Below, one piece after another: positions 12,535-25,200 of a stretch of 64,000 nucleotides of DNA. The position numbers were made by a program, and so were the translations under genes. The stretch is from Eutreptiella sp. 'Long Island Sound 2002' (Eukaryota > Protista > Euglenida): assembly GCA_964036045.1 (NCBI GenBank), contig OZ038379.1, positions 3,162,001-3,226,000 of the forward strand, written 5' to 3'. The notes below the pieces were generated by a model. The model was given only the letters and a program-made list of their open reading frames with translations, was not told the DNA's origin and made no database searches. How positions within the stretch are numbered: the stretch's first letter is position 1; the number at the start of each line of letters is the position of its first letter.

Positions 12535-14324
12535 CCGAAGGCGCTGTTACCAAAAGGCAAAAGGCCGGGATGTCTACCCACGGGTAAAGGTAAACGGGCT
12601 GGGCTGTGTGTGTTGTGTGCGCGCCGTGCGTAAGTGTGTAGGCCTCGGCAGGGGGAGGGGGAGTCGGGGAGACCTGGTGAGTTCGCCTCTGGCGACCGCG
12701 CTTATCCCAGGAGCTCCCGCTGCACCCCTTCCCTTTCTGCTTGCTGGTGCAGGCGCAGCTCCTGCAACGCCCACGCCATCGTGCTGCCCGGGCCCAGGCG
12801 GGCCTTCAGTAGTGTGGCACGCGCCTTGGCGTGGGCGTACCAGATCCGTATGGACTCCTCCACGACGTGGCGGAGGAACTCCGTGCCCAGCGAGTGGGGC
12901 CCCGTACACTCCAGGTGGGCCAGCTGCATGGAGGGGGTCCGCAGGGCTGCCGCCCACTGCTCCAGCACAGTCGGTTCCCACAGCTGGTGACGCACTAGGG
13001 CCGCCCGTGGCCCCACCTTCTGGTCGAGCCACGCTGCGAGGCGCCGGCGGGCTGGCCCCCACTCGTGCGATTGAGCCGAGCAGGCCCACAGGTGGGGCGC
13101 CGTCTCGGGCTGTGTCCCGCACAGGAGGCACGTTGTATCCAGCACCGTGCCCCGGTGGGAGGAACGGTGGGCTAGGACGGCCATGGTCGGGACGTTGTCC
13201 ATGCGATGCGCCGTGATGTGGCGCTGCTGGTCGTGGTCGAACCAGTCCAGGGGGAGGCCCCCTCCTGGCATGAAATTTACCCCCCAGCGGGCCTCGTAGA
13301 TGGCTCGCGCCGGTATGGAGGCCCGGTCCTGCAACCAGTCACTCAGCGCCGTCGGGGAGAGCTGGCACTGGTCGCGGAAGGGCACTGGGGGGATAAATGA
13401 GTAGGGGCGCCTGAGGAGCCACGTGAGGTCTACCTCCGGCGGCTCCCGCGTCGCTGCGTCCACACGGACGTTGAGGTCCGTGATCCAGTGCGATGGTGTG
13501 GTCACCACATTGATGGCAGACCTCGGGGAGAGGCGCTGCCCCCCAGGACACTGGCGTAGAGGTGGTGGATGCCATCTCCGCAGTGCCCTCCTTCCTGGTA
13601 CGTGCGGAGGGCCCCCACTGCTGCCTCCGAGTCCGGCACCAGCCAGTAAACCCCCTGCTGCGTCGCCAGTCGGCGGGCATACGAGAGGAGGGCCATCGCC
13701 TCCCCCTCCTGGGAGGTGCCCACTCCTGAGGCCACCTGGGCCTGATACTCCCCAGGCCCGCTCTGGACGACCCCGGCCATGGCCATACCCGCCTGCGTGG
13801 CCCCTGCATCCACCGCCACGACACTGCCTCGGAGGGTCGCCAGCGCAGGCAGGTCATGGAACCAGACGCCCGGGCGAGTCTCAGGGGCCAACACTCGCGG
13901 GGGGCTGGTCGCCCGGCCGTGTGGCGCCAGGAGGGCCATGTCCCCATGGTGCTCCCTGAGGTGGGTGCGCAGGGCCTGGTGTAGCTCCGCTGGCACTGTC
14001 CCCACCGTATCGAGGGAGTAATAGAGGGGCCCCTTGTGCGGGTGCCCCGGGCATTTGTGCGCCATGCACTCCGCTGGATATTGGAAGCGCGCCACCGCCG
14101 CCGGGGCTATGGCGATCCACGGAAACGGCGGCAGCGTCGAGGTGACCGTCACGAGAGGGGCCTGCGATGTGCTGGCCCAGTTCCAGTAGGCGGCAGTCGG
14201 GGGGGCTGTCGTCCACACGACGGTGGGCGCCCTGACCCCAGTGCGCTGGAGCTGGGCCAGGGACTCCTGCCGGTGGTCGCCCCACAGCTGGGCGTGCAGT
14301 GGCGCATCCACCTGCACTTGGATA
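12535..14324 (-). mobile_element. 5'-truncated non-LTR retrotransposon: RNase H, CCHC knuckle, 3' UTR, (CACCA)n tail
   Basis: RNase H acidic residues VAVDAG, SQEGEAMA, VPDSEAA, SH..NVRVDAA; CLLCGTQPETAPHLWAC; stop TAA at 12702; one frameshift at C6 run 13539-13544; no RT or endonuclease present. Confidence 0.85.
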
Positions 14325-15030
14325 TGGTGTGGTGTGGTGTGGTGTGGTGTGGTGTGGTGTGGTGTGGTGTGGTGTGGTGTGGTGTGGGGTGGGGTGGGGT
14401 GGGGTGGGGTGGGGTGGGGTGGGGTGGGGTGGGGTGGGGTGGTGTGGTGTGGGGTGGGGTGGGGTGGTGTGGTGTGGGGTGTGGTGTGGTGGGGTGGGGT
14501 GGTGTGGTGTGGGGTGGGGTGGGGTGGGGTGGGGTGGGGTGGGGTGGGGTGGGGTGGGGTGGGGTGGGGTGGGGTGGGGTGGTGTGGTGTGGGGTGGGGT
14601 GGGGTGGTGTGGGGTGGGGTGGGGTGGGGTGGGGTGGGGTGGGGTGGGGTGGGGTGGTGTGGTGTGGGGTGGGGTGGGGTGGTGTGGTGTGGGGTGTGGT
14701 GGGGTGGGGTGGGGTGGTGTGGTGTGGGGTGGGGTGGGGTGGGGTGGTGTGGTGTGGGGTGGGGTGGGGTGGGGTGGTGTGGGGTGTGGTGGGGTGGGGT
14801 GGGGTGGTGTGGTGTGGGGTGGGGTGGGGTGGGGTGGGGTGGGGTGGGGTGGGGTGGGGTGGGGTGGGGTGGGGTGGGGTGGGGTGGTGTGGTGTGGTGT
14901 GGGGTGGGGTGGGGTGGGGTGGGGTGGTGTGGTGTGGTGTGGTGTGGTGTGGTGTGGTGTGGTGTGGTGTGGTGTGGTGTGGTGTGGTGGGGTGGGGTGG
15001 GCTGGGGTGGTGTGGTGTGGTGTGGTGTGG
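14325..15030 (+). repeat. (GGTGT/GGGGT)n pentanucleotide array, about 700 bp
   Basis: Seen directly; shorter arrays at 12164-12185 and 12431-12534. Confidence 0.97.
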
Positions 15031-15160
15031 CGTATCATCTTATGCCGTCCGCCTGCATTACATGTGTGTCATCTCCATTCCGCATTCCAGCATCTCTTCC
15101 GTTCCAGAGCTATGCAGACAAGGGCTATTCCTAACGCAGTCACTCTGGGTGGGCCCAAAC

Positions 15161-15355
15161 CGTTTGAAGCCCTGCATGAGGAACGCAAACGTCCGCATTT
15201 CCACTTCGTAGCTGACCCTGTACAGCAGTTGGCCCAAGATGTTGAACAGGACCGGGATGCCCACGCCGTAAGCGGCGGTGAAGACGTAACTCGCAAACTT
15301 TGTATTCTGATACGACTGCCCTCTGCAGTCAACCGCATAGTCAACGCTCAGGAAA
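15161..15355 (-). CDS. Exon 18 (FLSVDYAVDC...YGVGIPVLF...FAFLMQGFK)
   Basis: Acceptor TTTCTGTGCAG, donor GTTTGG, phases 2/2. Confidence 0.92.
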
Positions 15356-15949
15356 CTGCACAGAAATCGAGGGCAGCACATCACAGACATGAACGTGAAT
15401 GTTTCGGGGGGGGGGGGGGGGGGGGGGTAGTGGGGCAAGTTCTGAGGTCACCGATCACGGGGAATGGGTTCTGCGCTCAAAACGGGGCTGGGACAGGGGT
15501 TGGCAGCCAGAATTTCCCTTAGGGGGGGTGGGGGTTCCAAGGGAGGTGTATGGGGGCGGTCTTGCCCCGCCACCCCCGTCCCTCCGGTGGTCCTGAGTTT
15601 TGGTTGGCGCCAAAGGCGACGGAGAAACTTTGGGCCAAACTTGATCTGTGCTGAAGACACCGAAGAAAATTTTCCTCAATCACTTCAGAAAGGCGGGGGG
15701 GGGTGGGGGACTTGGGCCGCCCCCACCCCACAACCCGCCTCCCCCTTGACCCACCAATGGTCACCACATCCCTCCCCCTTCTCTCCTGCCTCTCATGGTT
15801 CAATGCTCTGCTCCTCTGTCCTGCAATGTGCAGCGTCGGAACAAACTGCCAAAAAGTTCAACGGGCATTTGTATTGCCTTCAGCAAGGCACGTCAAACTG
15901 TGAGCCGGCGAACAAACAAAGGCCTGTTGCACTAAAGAATGTATACGTT

Positions 15950-17400
15950 ATACACAATGATGGCACAAGCGCACAGACTGTTGTACACAATGTAGACAAT
16001 GATGTACAAAGTATACACAATGATGTACACACTGCACACAATGATGTATACAGTGCACACAATGATGTATACAGTGCACACAATGATGTATACAGTGCAC
16101 ACAATGATATCCACAGCGTACACAATGATGCACACATGACGCACACAACACACTGTACACAATGATGTACAGCGCACACAGTGTAGAGAATCTTGTACAC
16201 AGTGTACATGATGTACACAGTGTAAGCAATGATGGCACACGGCGAACAGACTCTTGACACAGTGTGCACAAGTGTGTACACAGTGCGCACAATGATGCAC
16301 AGTGGAAACAACCATACACGGTGTACATAATGATATACACAGTGCAAAGGGTGTCCAAAATCTTGTACACAGCGTGCAAAATGATGCACGAAGTGTCGAC
16401 AATGATGTACACAGTGTACACCATGATTCACACAGATGCCTGCAGCATACAAAATCATATACACAGTGCACACAATGATGCGCAGTGGAAACCAATTATG
16501 ATACAGCGTACACAATGATGTGCACAGCGTCCACAATGATGCGTACCGTGCACACGAAGTACAAAATCTTGTACACAGTGCACACAATAGTGTCACAGTG
16601 TACACAATGGTGCACAATGGTACACAACAGTGCACACAGTGTACAGACTTTTGCACATAGTATGCATGATGTTCACAATGTGTACACAATGATGTGCAGT
16701 GCAAACAATGATGCGCAGTGCAATACAACCATGCACACAGTGTGCACGATTGTATACAATGTCCACAATGATGTACGCAGTGTCCACAAAGATGTACACA
16801 GTGCACACAACGACGCCTACAGTATGCAAAATTATGTGCACAGTGCACACAATGATGCGCAATGGAAAACCGCTATGATACAGCGTACATAATGATGTAC
16901 ACGGTGCACATACTGTACAGAATCTTGTACACAGTGTACACAATGGTGGACACAGCGCACAGAATGCTGTACACGGTGTACGCAATGGTGGACACGGCGC
17001 ACAGAATGATGCATATAGTGTACACCATGGTGTACACAGCGCACATAATGGTGTGCACAGTGTACACAATGATGCACATAGGGTACACCATGGTGTATGC
17101 AGCGCAGGAATTGATGTATACAGCGCAGGAATAGATGTACACAGTGTACAGGGTACACAATGGTGTACACAGTGCAGACAAGGATGGGCACAGTGATGGA
17201 CACAATGGTGTGCACAGTACACACAATGAAGCACACAGTCTAGGGAATGATGTACACAGTGTACACAGCGGACACAATGGAATGTACACAATACAATGCT
17301 GTGTATGATGATGCATACAATGATGTACATAGAATACACAGTGCACAGTGTCCACAGTGTCCACAGCATACACAATGATGTGCACAGCATACACACAATT
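15950..17400 (+). repeat. Degenerate satellite of TACACAATGATG/CACAGTGCACA words
   Basis: Seen directly; generates many spurious Cys/His/Val ORFs. Confidence 0.92.
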
Positions 17401-19197
17401 CGTCGAATTGTCATTGACAGAGACTCTTTTGCCGCTGAAATTGGGCTCAAAAATGGTGTGTGGCTCACAAGAGCTCCAAATGTTCTCGTCCCCAAATTGG
17501 CAAACCAGCAGCCAATGGGGTCCTGTAGGTCCGGAATGAATCCAAATGACCCCCGAGTGAAATGCGATCGGAACAACCGGAACAGAGCCAGTGGAGCTGC
17601 ACACAAGTGCAATGCATTGAAGAACACAGCCCCTCAAATGCTTCAGAAAGGAATTGCTGGGCTCGGAGGCTCTGTTGGGCTAATACTGCCCTGCACCACC
17701 CAAATTGCTCGAAAAAAAGGTTCCACAGCCGCATTTTGGGTCCCACCCCAAACTCGTAAAAGAAAATGGTTTGATCGATGCCACACAGGCCAATGCTGAG
17801 CGACCCTCCCCCAAAGGGGGGGCAGGTTGGTTTGGGGCCCTGGCCGGCCCACCCACCCAACCACCCACCCACCCACGCCACATCAGAAAAAATTGTCTCA
17901 GGCGATAAACGAAACTTATTAAAGGAGAGGAAAAGGAAAGCATGTGAAGGAGTGTTTCTCGTGCGTTAAGGGCTAACGGGCTCTCCTTCATGCTACAACA
18001 GCTGTTGCAGAAGCAGCGCACCCGCAGCACTGGGAGAGCATGAGGCTCCCGCCCAAACAGCTTAGGCACTTTCTGAAGAGGGGCGGCCATGCCCCTGCTG
18101 ACTCTGCAAACGGTGCGGAGCCCATCACTAAAGGGACCGGGAATCTTGGGTCGACCAAATTGTTCTTGGCCCCTGAACCCCCCCCCCCCCCCGAATTCGA
18201 CATCCCCTCCCTTGTGGCCTACTGGAGGTGGAAGAAGTACGGAAATGGGGACAATCCATTGTTTGTTTGAATTGTGATTTCAGAGCAGCAGCACTTGGGC
18301 AGAGCACAGTTTGGCGCCTAAGGCACCAGAAAAAAGTATTCTTCGTCGCCCTGTTTTTCCACCGCCCCCATTTCTGTATCCTTGAAATGCTCAGAATCTC
18401 ATGGTAGGGGGAACCATGACCCGCGTCCCTCTGTGCCGGATCCCGGCCGGACCAAATTGTCCATCGAAGTTGTCATCCCTCTTATTTTGAGATGGAAAGA
18501 GTCGAAGTTTCGTTGAGGTCAACCTGCCCCCCCTCCCACCCTCTGCACCTGTACACGTCCATTTCAGCCTCTCCCTCCCAAATCAAATGAAACCCTCCCG
18601 TTCGACCATAGCGTAGGCTTGGCTGTTTCCCTAACTCACGGCATCTCTGTGCTCAAGTGTGCACATACCTGCGATTCATCTCAATGCCTTGTGGCAGTTT
18701 ATTTCCCCTGGCTCCCTTCTGCATCACCCTGGGGGGGGGGGGGGGTATGGCATGAAGCCGTGGTATTTTGTTGTCTGCTGTTGGCGGTGCCAATCGGCCT
18801 CTTGCCACTGTCATCCCTGACTCCGCCATCACTGAGCCAACGTAGTTTTTGGTTGTGCCAGTGGAACCGCAGGAGTTTCCATGTTTCAGACCTCCGTGAT
18901 TCGTCATCACAGAGGGGGGGCTTTCGCCCCACCACTGGCCAGGTACGTCCAGACAGACATCCCTTGCGAGCGGTGGATTGACCGTCTCCAACGGTGATGG
19001 TGGGGGGGGGGATCGTATTTTAATCCCCAAGCAATGGCCTGATCCCGAATGTGCGGGCCCCTGACCACCGCGGGTCCCGTAGCGTGCGTCGTTGAGCCCA
19101 GGGCCGTCCCGGGGGCTGACCAAACAGCCCGACGAATGTACAAAAAGCGAATGGGGAAAGGCAGGCAGCGCGGGACAGTGCACGGCCACATAAACAC

Positions 19198-19366
19198 CTG
19201 CGGATGCCGTAATCTTCGGGATTCAAAGAGCCCCCCGTGGCAGGAGGGTCTCCGAAATCGTAGTCATCGCACGTGTGAAGCTGTGCATTTTGGGACATGA
19301 GGGTGGGGTACAGGAAGTACAACACGACACTGAGTGAGACGAGCAGGATCTGCACGAAGCTGCGGC
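19198..19366 (-). CDS. Exon 17 (LLVSLSVVLYFLYPTL...C; hydrophobic segment 4)
   Basis: Acceptor CTTCCCACAG, donor GTGTTT, phases 1/2. Confidence 0.9.
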
Positions 19367-19503
19367 CTGTGGGAAGCAGAAGTAGGGGGGCAGTAAGCGC
19401 TGGCCCGGACTGGGGGTGGCCCGGAGGGGGGCCAGGGAAGGCAAGGTGGCCCCACAGGGACTGGGGATGGGGGGGGGGTCCTGGGGGCAGGGGGGGAGGG
19501 GGT

Positions 19504-19712
19504 AGGGATGCATTAGAAGGGAATGGACCACGGAGGCGGCACCAGAGGCGGTTGGGCAGGCGGTTGGAGGAGGTTGCCAAAGCGGTTCGGGGCGGTTACT
19601 GTCGGTTGTAAATGCTGCTGGCACTTGCCGTCAGGGGGACAGTAGCTGGGCATAGGTTGGGCGCCCTGAAGGGGGGGGGGGGGGGTACCTGCCCCCCTTC
19701 CAATGCATCCCT
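19504..19712. mobile_element. MITE, 209 bp, TIR AGGGATGCATTRGAAGGG
   Basis: Terminal inverted repeats; GGT on both flanks (possible 3-bp TSD); similar right end near 5190-5212. Confidence 0.72.
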
Positions 19713-22488
19713 GGTGTAGTGGTCCCCAAGGGACCAGGGGGCGTTTGGCCCCAACGGACAAGGGGGGGGGGGGTAAAGAGACCAGGAGGGGAGGGGGTGG
19801 GCTTGGGCCGCCAAAGGGACCGGGGGGAGGAGGGGGTGGCCCCAAAGGGACCGGGGGTGGGGGTTGGCCCAAACGGGACTGGGGGCGGGGCGGGGGGGCA
19901 ACGGGACCGAGGGAAGAAGAGGGGCTGGCCCCAGCGGGACTGGGGGGGAGATGGGGCTGCAAAAGGACCGATGGGGAGGCAGGGGGGTGGCCCTGAAAGG
20001 ACCTGCAGGGGCAGGGGAGTGGGGGGGGGGGGGTTTCGTGGGCCCGCCAAGACACTGGGCCCTGAACTGAAAATTGGGCGCGAATGACTGGGGTATGGTC
20101 TCTTGGTCCCAATGGGTGGGCAAGTGGACGGACCTGTGGCTCTGGCGGGGGGGGGGGGGGTTGGCACGAGGCCATGGTGTTGGTCTGTTTGCCTTTGGCG
20201 GCGCCCATTGGCCTCTCGCCACTGCTCATTCTGATCCTCTGTGGGTGCGAACGTGTTCTGGTTGTGTCAACGGAGCCCCTGGATGACTTGTCCTGTTTGA
20301 CTACTTTGGGGCCGGGGGTCCCACAGACGGGCTGTTGTCCGTGCCGTTGACCAGGTGCATCCAGATGCACACTCAGGAGGGGGTATCCGGACCCGGGCAG
20401 GAGCCCCTCACTCAGCTCCGTCGGTGGTCCATCGGTGGTCCCCCACGGGGGCACATGTATATTGATGGGTCCCCTATCCATTGCACCGGCCAAGGGAAAT
20501 GGCCACGTGGCTGTGGTTGTTGGGCGGTAGGGGGGCAAACCGAGGCTTTTGTGGGCACATGCGTGCCCATGGCCCGCGGGGCACGCGGGTAGGGGCGTTG
20601 GGGCTGCCACTCTGCACTGGAGGCTCTTAAAAGTGGGCTGCGTGTGGCGGTGGCGCTTTGGTGGCCGGCGAGGGCCGCGGTGTGCGGGGGTGCGGGGGCC
20701 TGCCGACCCTCGATGCCAGGACACCCCCACAGACCGAGGGGCGCGGGGACCGCTGGAGGGGGGCTGGGCCCCCCTCCAGAGACCGGGGGAGGGGGTGGCC
20801 GCAAAAAGGACTGGGGGTGGGCGGTGGTTCCAAAGGGACGTGGGTAGGGGGTGCCCCCAAAGGTACCGTGGGGGGGGGGGGGGGGGCAAAGGAACGGGTC
20901 TTTCCTCATCTTGTGACTCATACACAGACATCTGCCCCCCCCCCCCCCCGTAGAGACGGGGTGGGGTCATGGACAATAGGCCGGTAGCTGGTCGATACGC
21001 CGGGTGTTACACACTTATTCCAGCTTTTGTAGAGGGACCCCTCCAGACGGGGGACGGCTCTCCAGCGCGGTGCAGCACGTGGGCTGCTCGCTGTGCCTGC
21101 GCTGCATTGCCTTTCTTTCCATTGGCTCTTGTTCTGCCAAGGGCTTGTGGGCAGACTTTGTGCCACGGTTGCCTAGTGTCAGGCGTGTGGTACAGGGTCT
21201 CCTGAACAAAATATGAGTGTATGAGCGCTCCAACTTTATTTGTCAAGTGTGGGCGTGTGTGCCGGGGGGGGGGGGGGGTTGGCATGTCGCCGTGGTGGGT
21301 TGTTCTCGTCTGCAGCGGGCGGCGCCTATTGGCCGATCGCCACTTACTGCACTTCCCTTCGACCCTTTCCCTTCAAAGGCGGTGGTGCCCATCGCCCCCC
21401 CTGTGTGACATTCCGTCTGGTTGTTGCTCCTTTACGGGGCCCTGGACGGTCACCCGTTCTTCCCTTCGCATGTTGCGTCGGGTTGCTGCTTTCTGTCGGC
21501 CGCTGCGGCTGGTGCTCTTGCTGGTGTCGTTTCCGCGTTCGCGGAGCCCAGTGGTTGGTGTGTTGGGGCTGTGCTGAATGTGGCATGGTGTGCCGTTTGC
21601 GTGTCAGCGGCGCCCAATAGTTGGCGTATTGAGGATGTGCTGGTTGTTGCCGGGGTCGTTTGACTGTTTTTGCTGTCCACACACCTCTGTCCACAGGCCG
21701 TCCATAGCCTGCCTCGCTGTGTTTCTGTGCGGCCCAGATGCCCTGTCCCTCCACGCGCTGTCCGGGCCGTCCACCATATGTCCTTTTCCCCCTCACGGCT
21801 GGTCTGCCCCTGATGGGCTCCCGCTCCTGTTGTGCCCCCCCCCCCCCGTGTCCTTTCCCTCTCTACTTCCCTTTCCTTTCCCTCGGGAGGTTATGCCAGC
21901 GGAGCGCCCGGACTGTCCCTGTTTCACTGCGCCGTGTCGGGTCCACACGGAGGAGGGCCACTTCCCTCGCCGTTGGCAGGGGAGGGGGGCGGGGGGCTCA
22001 ACCTGCGCCCAACCCCCAACCTGCGTCTGCAAGCCAACCCGCCCCCTGTCAAGCGTGGGCTCTGGCGGCGAGGACGACACGATATCCGCCGGGTCATTCC
22101 GCAAGGGCTGCGGGTACGGTCCTGCAGCTGCCACACGGCCATGAGGATGGGGCGACAGTGAGAAAGTTCGCCAGGAGAGCCGTTGGTTCACGCAACAGAA
22201 GGCACCGTGTGCAAAGTGCCGGGCTGCTGGTCACAGACGGTCACCGGAGGCCCTCGACGGGCAGTCAACAGCGGATGAGCCCCTGACCAGTGGTTAACCG
22301 ACGAGGGGTGGCCGGTTGTCGCTGACGATCGGCCCGCAACCGCCAGCGGTGAGCCAGTGATGTCCGGCGGTCCATTAATTGCCAACCGCTCTCCAGAGGG
22401 CACGAAAAAAAAACAAAAGCAAGGCTGTCCTTCACAAAAGCCCTGGACACTCGACACGGTCCCTGCGCACGGAACGCGTGCATGGTAC

Positions 22489-22736
22489 CTTGCGTGAAGC
22501 TCCGCTGCCGCTGCCTCTGCCGTTGTTCCGGGTGCAGGCGCGCCGCGCGGATGCTGCTCGCAAACCCAAGGCTGCGGTCGTACCAGACCACCAGAAAGCA
22601 CACAATCAACGAGAGGCACGGCAGCAGCATGTTCATGTAGAAGAACTCGAGCGTCCCGGTGCTCGGGGATACGCACTGAATGGAGAAGCTGGGCGTCTGC
22701 ACGGTCACAGCGTCCCCAGTGGCCTCGCCTGCGTCC
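22489..22736 (-). CDS. Exon 16 (SFSIQC...LLPCLSLIVCFLVVWY; hydrophobic segment 3)
   Basis: Acceptor TGTGTGTGCAG, donor GTACCA, phases 2/1. Confidence 0.87.
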
Positions 22737-25200
22737 CTGCACACACAATGGAGTGTCTCTGGCTCAGGCGTGTGGCGGAGGGGGCTCATTCCACCCACCA
22801 CTGCATTCAACGGGCCCGCTTTTCTCTCCCTAACTCACTCATTCACCCACCAACTCACAGATTTCTTCCCTCCCTCCTCGTGCTGCAGGATGTGGCGTGG
22901 ACCTGGGCTTGCCTGAGTGACAGGCGCCAAGACACAAGCACCAGCAGTCTGTGTGTGCACCATCACAACGCACGGACGTGGATGCAGTTCATGCAAGGTA
23001 CAACAATACATACAGCCTTCATCCATTATACCCCAACACCTCGGGGCGCCTAGAACCTAGTGCTTCAGGCCTCCCTCACTCCCTCACTCCCTCCTTCCCT
23101 CCTTCCCTCACTCACTCACTCCCAATCACTCACCCACTCACCCACTCACTCACCCACACACGCACGCACGAGCACGCGCTCACTTGCATGCTCACTCGCT
23201 CACTCACTCACACAAGGGAAGCCACCTACAACCACCGCTACCTCCTACTATTGTACTCCTTTCCGGAGGCAGGTCCTGCATATCCAGTTCCAGGGGTGGA
23301 AGGGGGCACTGGACCCTCACATCATACGAGGGCAGGGCGTGAAAATTGCACACATCGCTCGCATGTCGGGGTGGATGCCTTGCTGACAGGGCGGCCCGTG
23401 CATCGGGCTGGTCTCACTGTAGATCCTCACATGGTGAGGCACGGACTGATCCATGCTCTCCCAATCCAATGGCTGAGAGCCACAAGCCCCCTCTAGCAAG
23501 GGTCCCTTGCTACCCTCTTGGAAGACCTACCTGTTAGGGGGAGCCACAGGCCACACACCCCTTATGAGCATCCACGGGCTCCAGACCACTCAGGACACTC
23601 GAAAGGTTAACCCTGCCGGTCCACAAGTCCTCTTGTGGTATGGACAATTGGGCTGTCCCACTCCTGCATGGCCACAGTTCAGTGAGCTAAGACACCGGGC
23701 TCCTGGCCTCTCGTACCTTGGGGACACTGATCTGAGAATGCACGAGAACCCACACGGCCGTGCAGAAGGTGGGCTCTCCTGGAGATCGTGCCTGGCAACC
23801 CCTATTCCTTCCACTTGGTCTGGTAGTCCCTGATGCAACTGGAAATGGGGCACACTTGCAAAGGGGTGGGGGTTGTTGATGCGGCCCCTGTTTCCACATG
23901 AGCCCCAGGTGCGGGTTCACAAGTGCATCACAACCTCACGCACAGGCTACAGAGTCCTGTGCACCTCCCAGTAGGCAGGCGCCCGACCCAGCACCTTGTC
24001 CCAGGGGTCCACATCGGCTTTGCTGGTTGTGGAAAGCCAAGGAGAGGGCGTCCTCAAACAGTGGTCCAAGTATTCACAGGGTTTGTGGCCTTGGATGCCA
24101 GGGCTTTTGAAAAATTGAAATCTTGCGGTGGGTTGGGGCCACATTTTTGTACTCCTTCCCCCCCACTACTAATGGGGGCATCAAAATTATCAAACTAATG
24201 GCTCCAAAATTCCCAGCGACCTTTGCTGGTGATGGCGGGTGGCAACATTGATGGCGATATTGCCTGTGTTTTGGCTGGGGGGTGCAACACCCAAAAGTCG
24301 TGCGATTTTGCTTGCATTTGCCCTTTTCCGGGGGCTGGGTGCCTTGTGCCTAGTGTCGGCGGGCGGTGGGGGCAGGGCCGGGGTGCGGGGAGTCCCTCAA
24401 ACAGACAGAAGACCCCCTTCGAGAACCAGCCCTTCCACTTCTCCGCCGAATGGACCCGTCGGTGGCCCCGGTCCCAGGCCCCATCCGTGAACGTGCGGGC
24501 ACACTGGAGGGCGACGAACAGAAAGAAGAGGGCGAGAGTCCGGTAACCCGCCGGGAAATCGGGCCAGAAAGACCCCAAGCGGCCCTGGAGGCGTCCAACA
24601 AGGGACAGGGCCGCCACCGGGGACACGCTGGGGTGTTCTTTGATGGCGGCCAGCAGGACGGTGCCCTTGATGAGTTCCGCTCTGTTGCCGGCAGCCGGCG
24701 GGTGGAGGTGGAGGAGGCCGTGCTGGGGTCAAAGGGCAACGACAGTTTGCCGCCACTCGGCGGTGGCGGGGGGCGGGGGGAGGGGGGGCGGCGCTCCTAT
24801 CCGGCCATGGGGTGGTCCACTGTGAGGGGGTTACTTTCAGGTGACTCAGTCACTCAACAGAGACTATACCGCCCGTTCTGTGCACGTTCGTGGGGGTGGG
24901 GGGAGGGGGGGGGGTGCAGGGTTTTCCTCAGCCAGAAAACAAAACCAGTCGCCTCTCCGGTGTCCTGACGCCTATAACTGCCAACTGCCGTCGCTTCACC
25001 ACCAACCGCCATCGGTTAACTGCCGCCCGTGGTCAGTCAGCTGCCCGGTGCCGTCGGGTAACCGCCAACGGCCGTCCCAGGACCGCCTATTGCCCTCCGT
25101 CACTCGCCGAGCCCGCGTTCCACAACGCACCCGGGGAGGCTGGAGGACAGGGAGGGGCCAAAGCAGCGGCACGGAGGAGGCAAAGACGAAGGAGGGGCAC

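Noticed and set aside
14325-15030. G-rich array as a telomere
   Set aside because: Pentamer unit, internal to an intron and tied to LINE ends
15880-17637. Long Cys/His/Val-rich ORFs (also 2943-3920, 13881-15522, 41674-42881)
   Set aside because: Translations of micro/minisatellites
23270-24130. Decayed coding-like stretches (also 33520-33960, 50560-51140, 53950-54250)
   Set aside because: Many stops and no assignable motif by eye; needs a translated repeat-protein search
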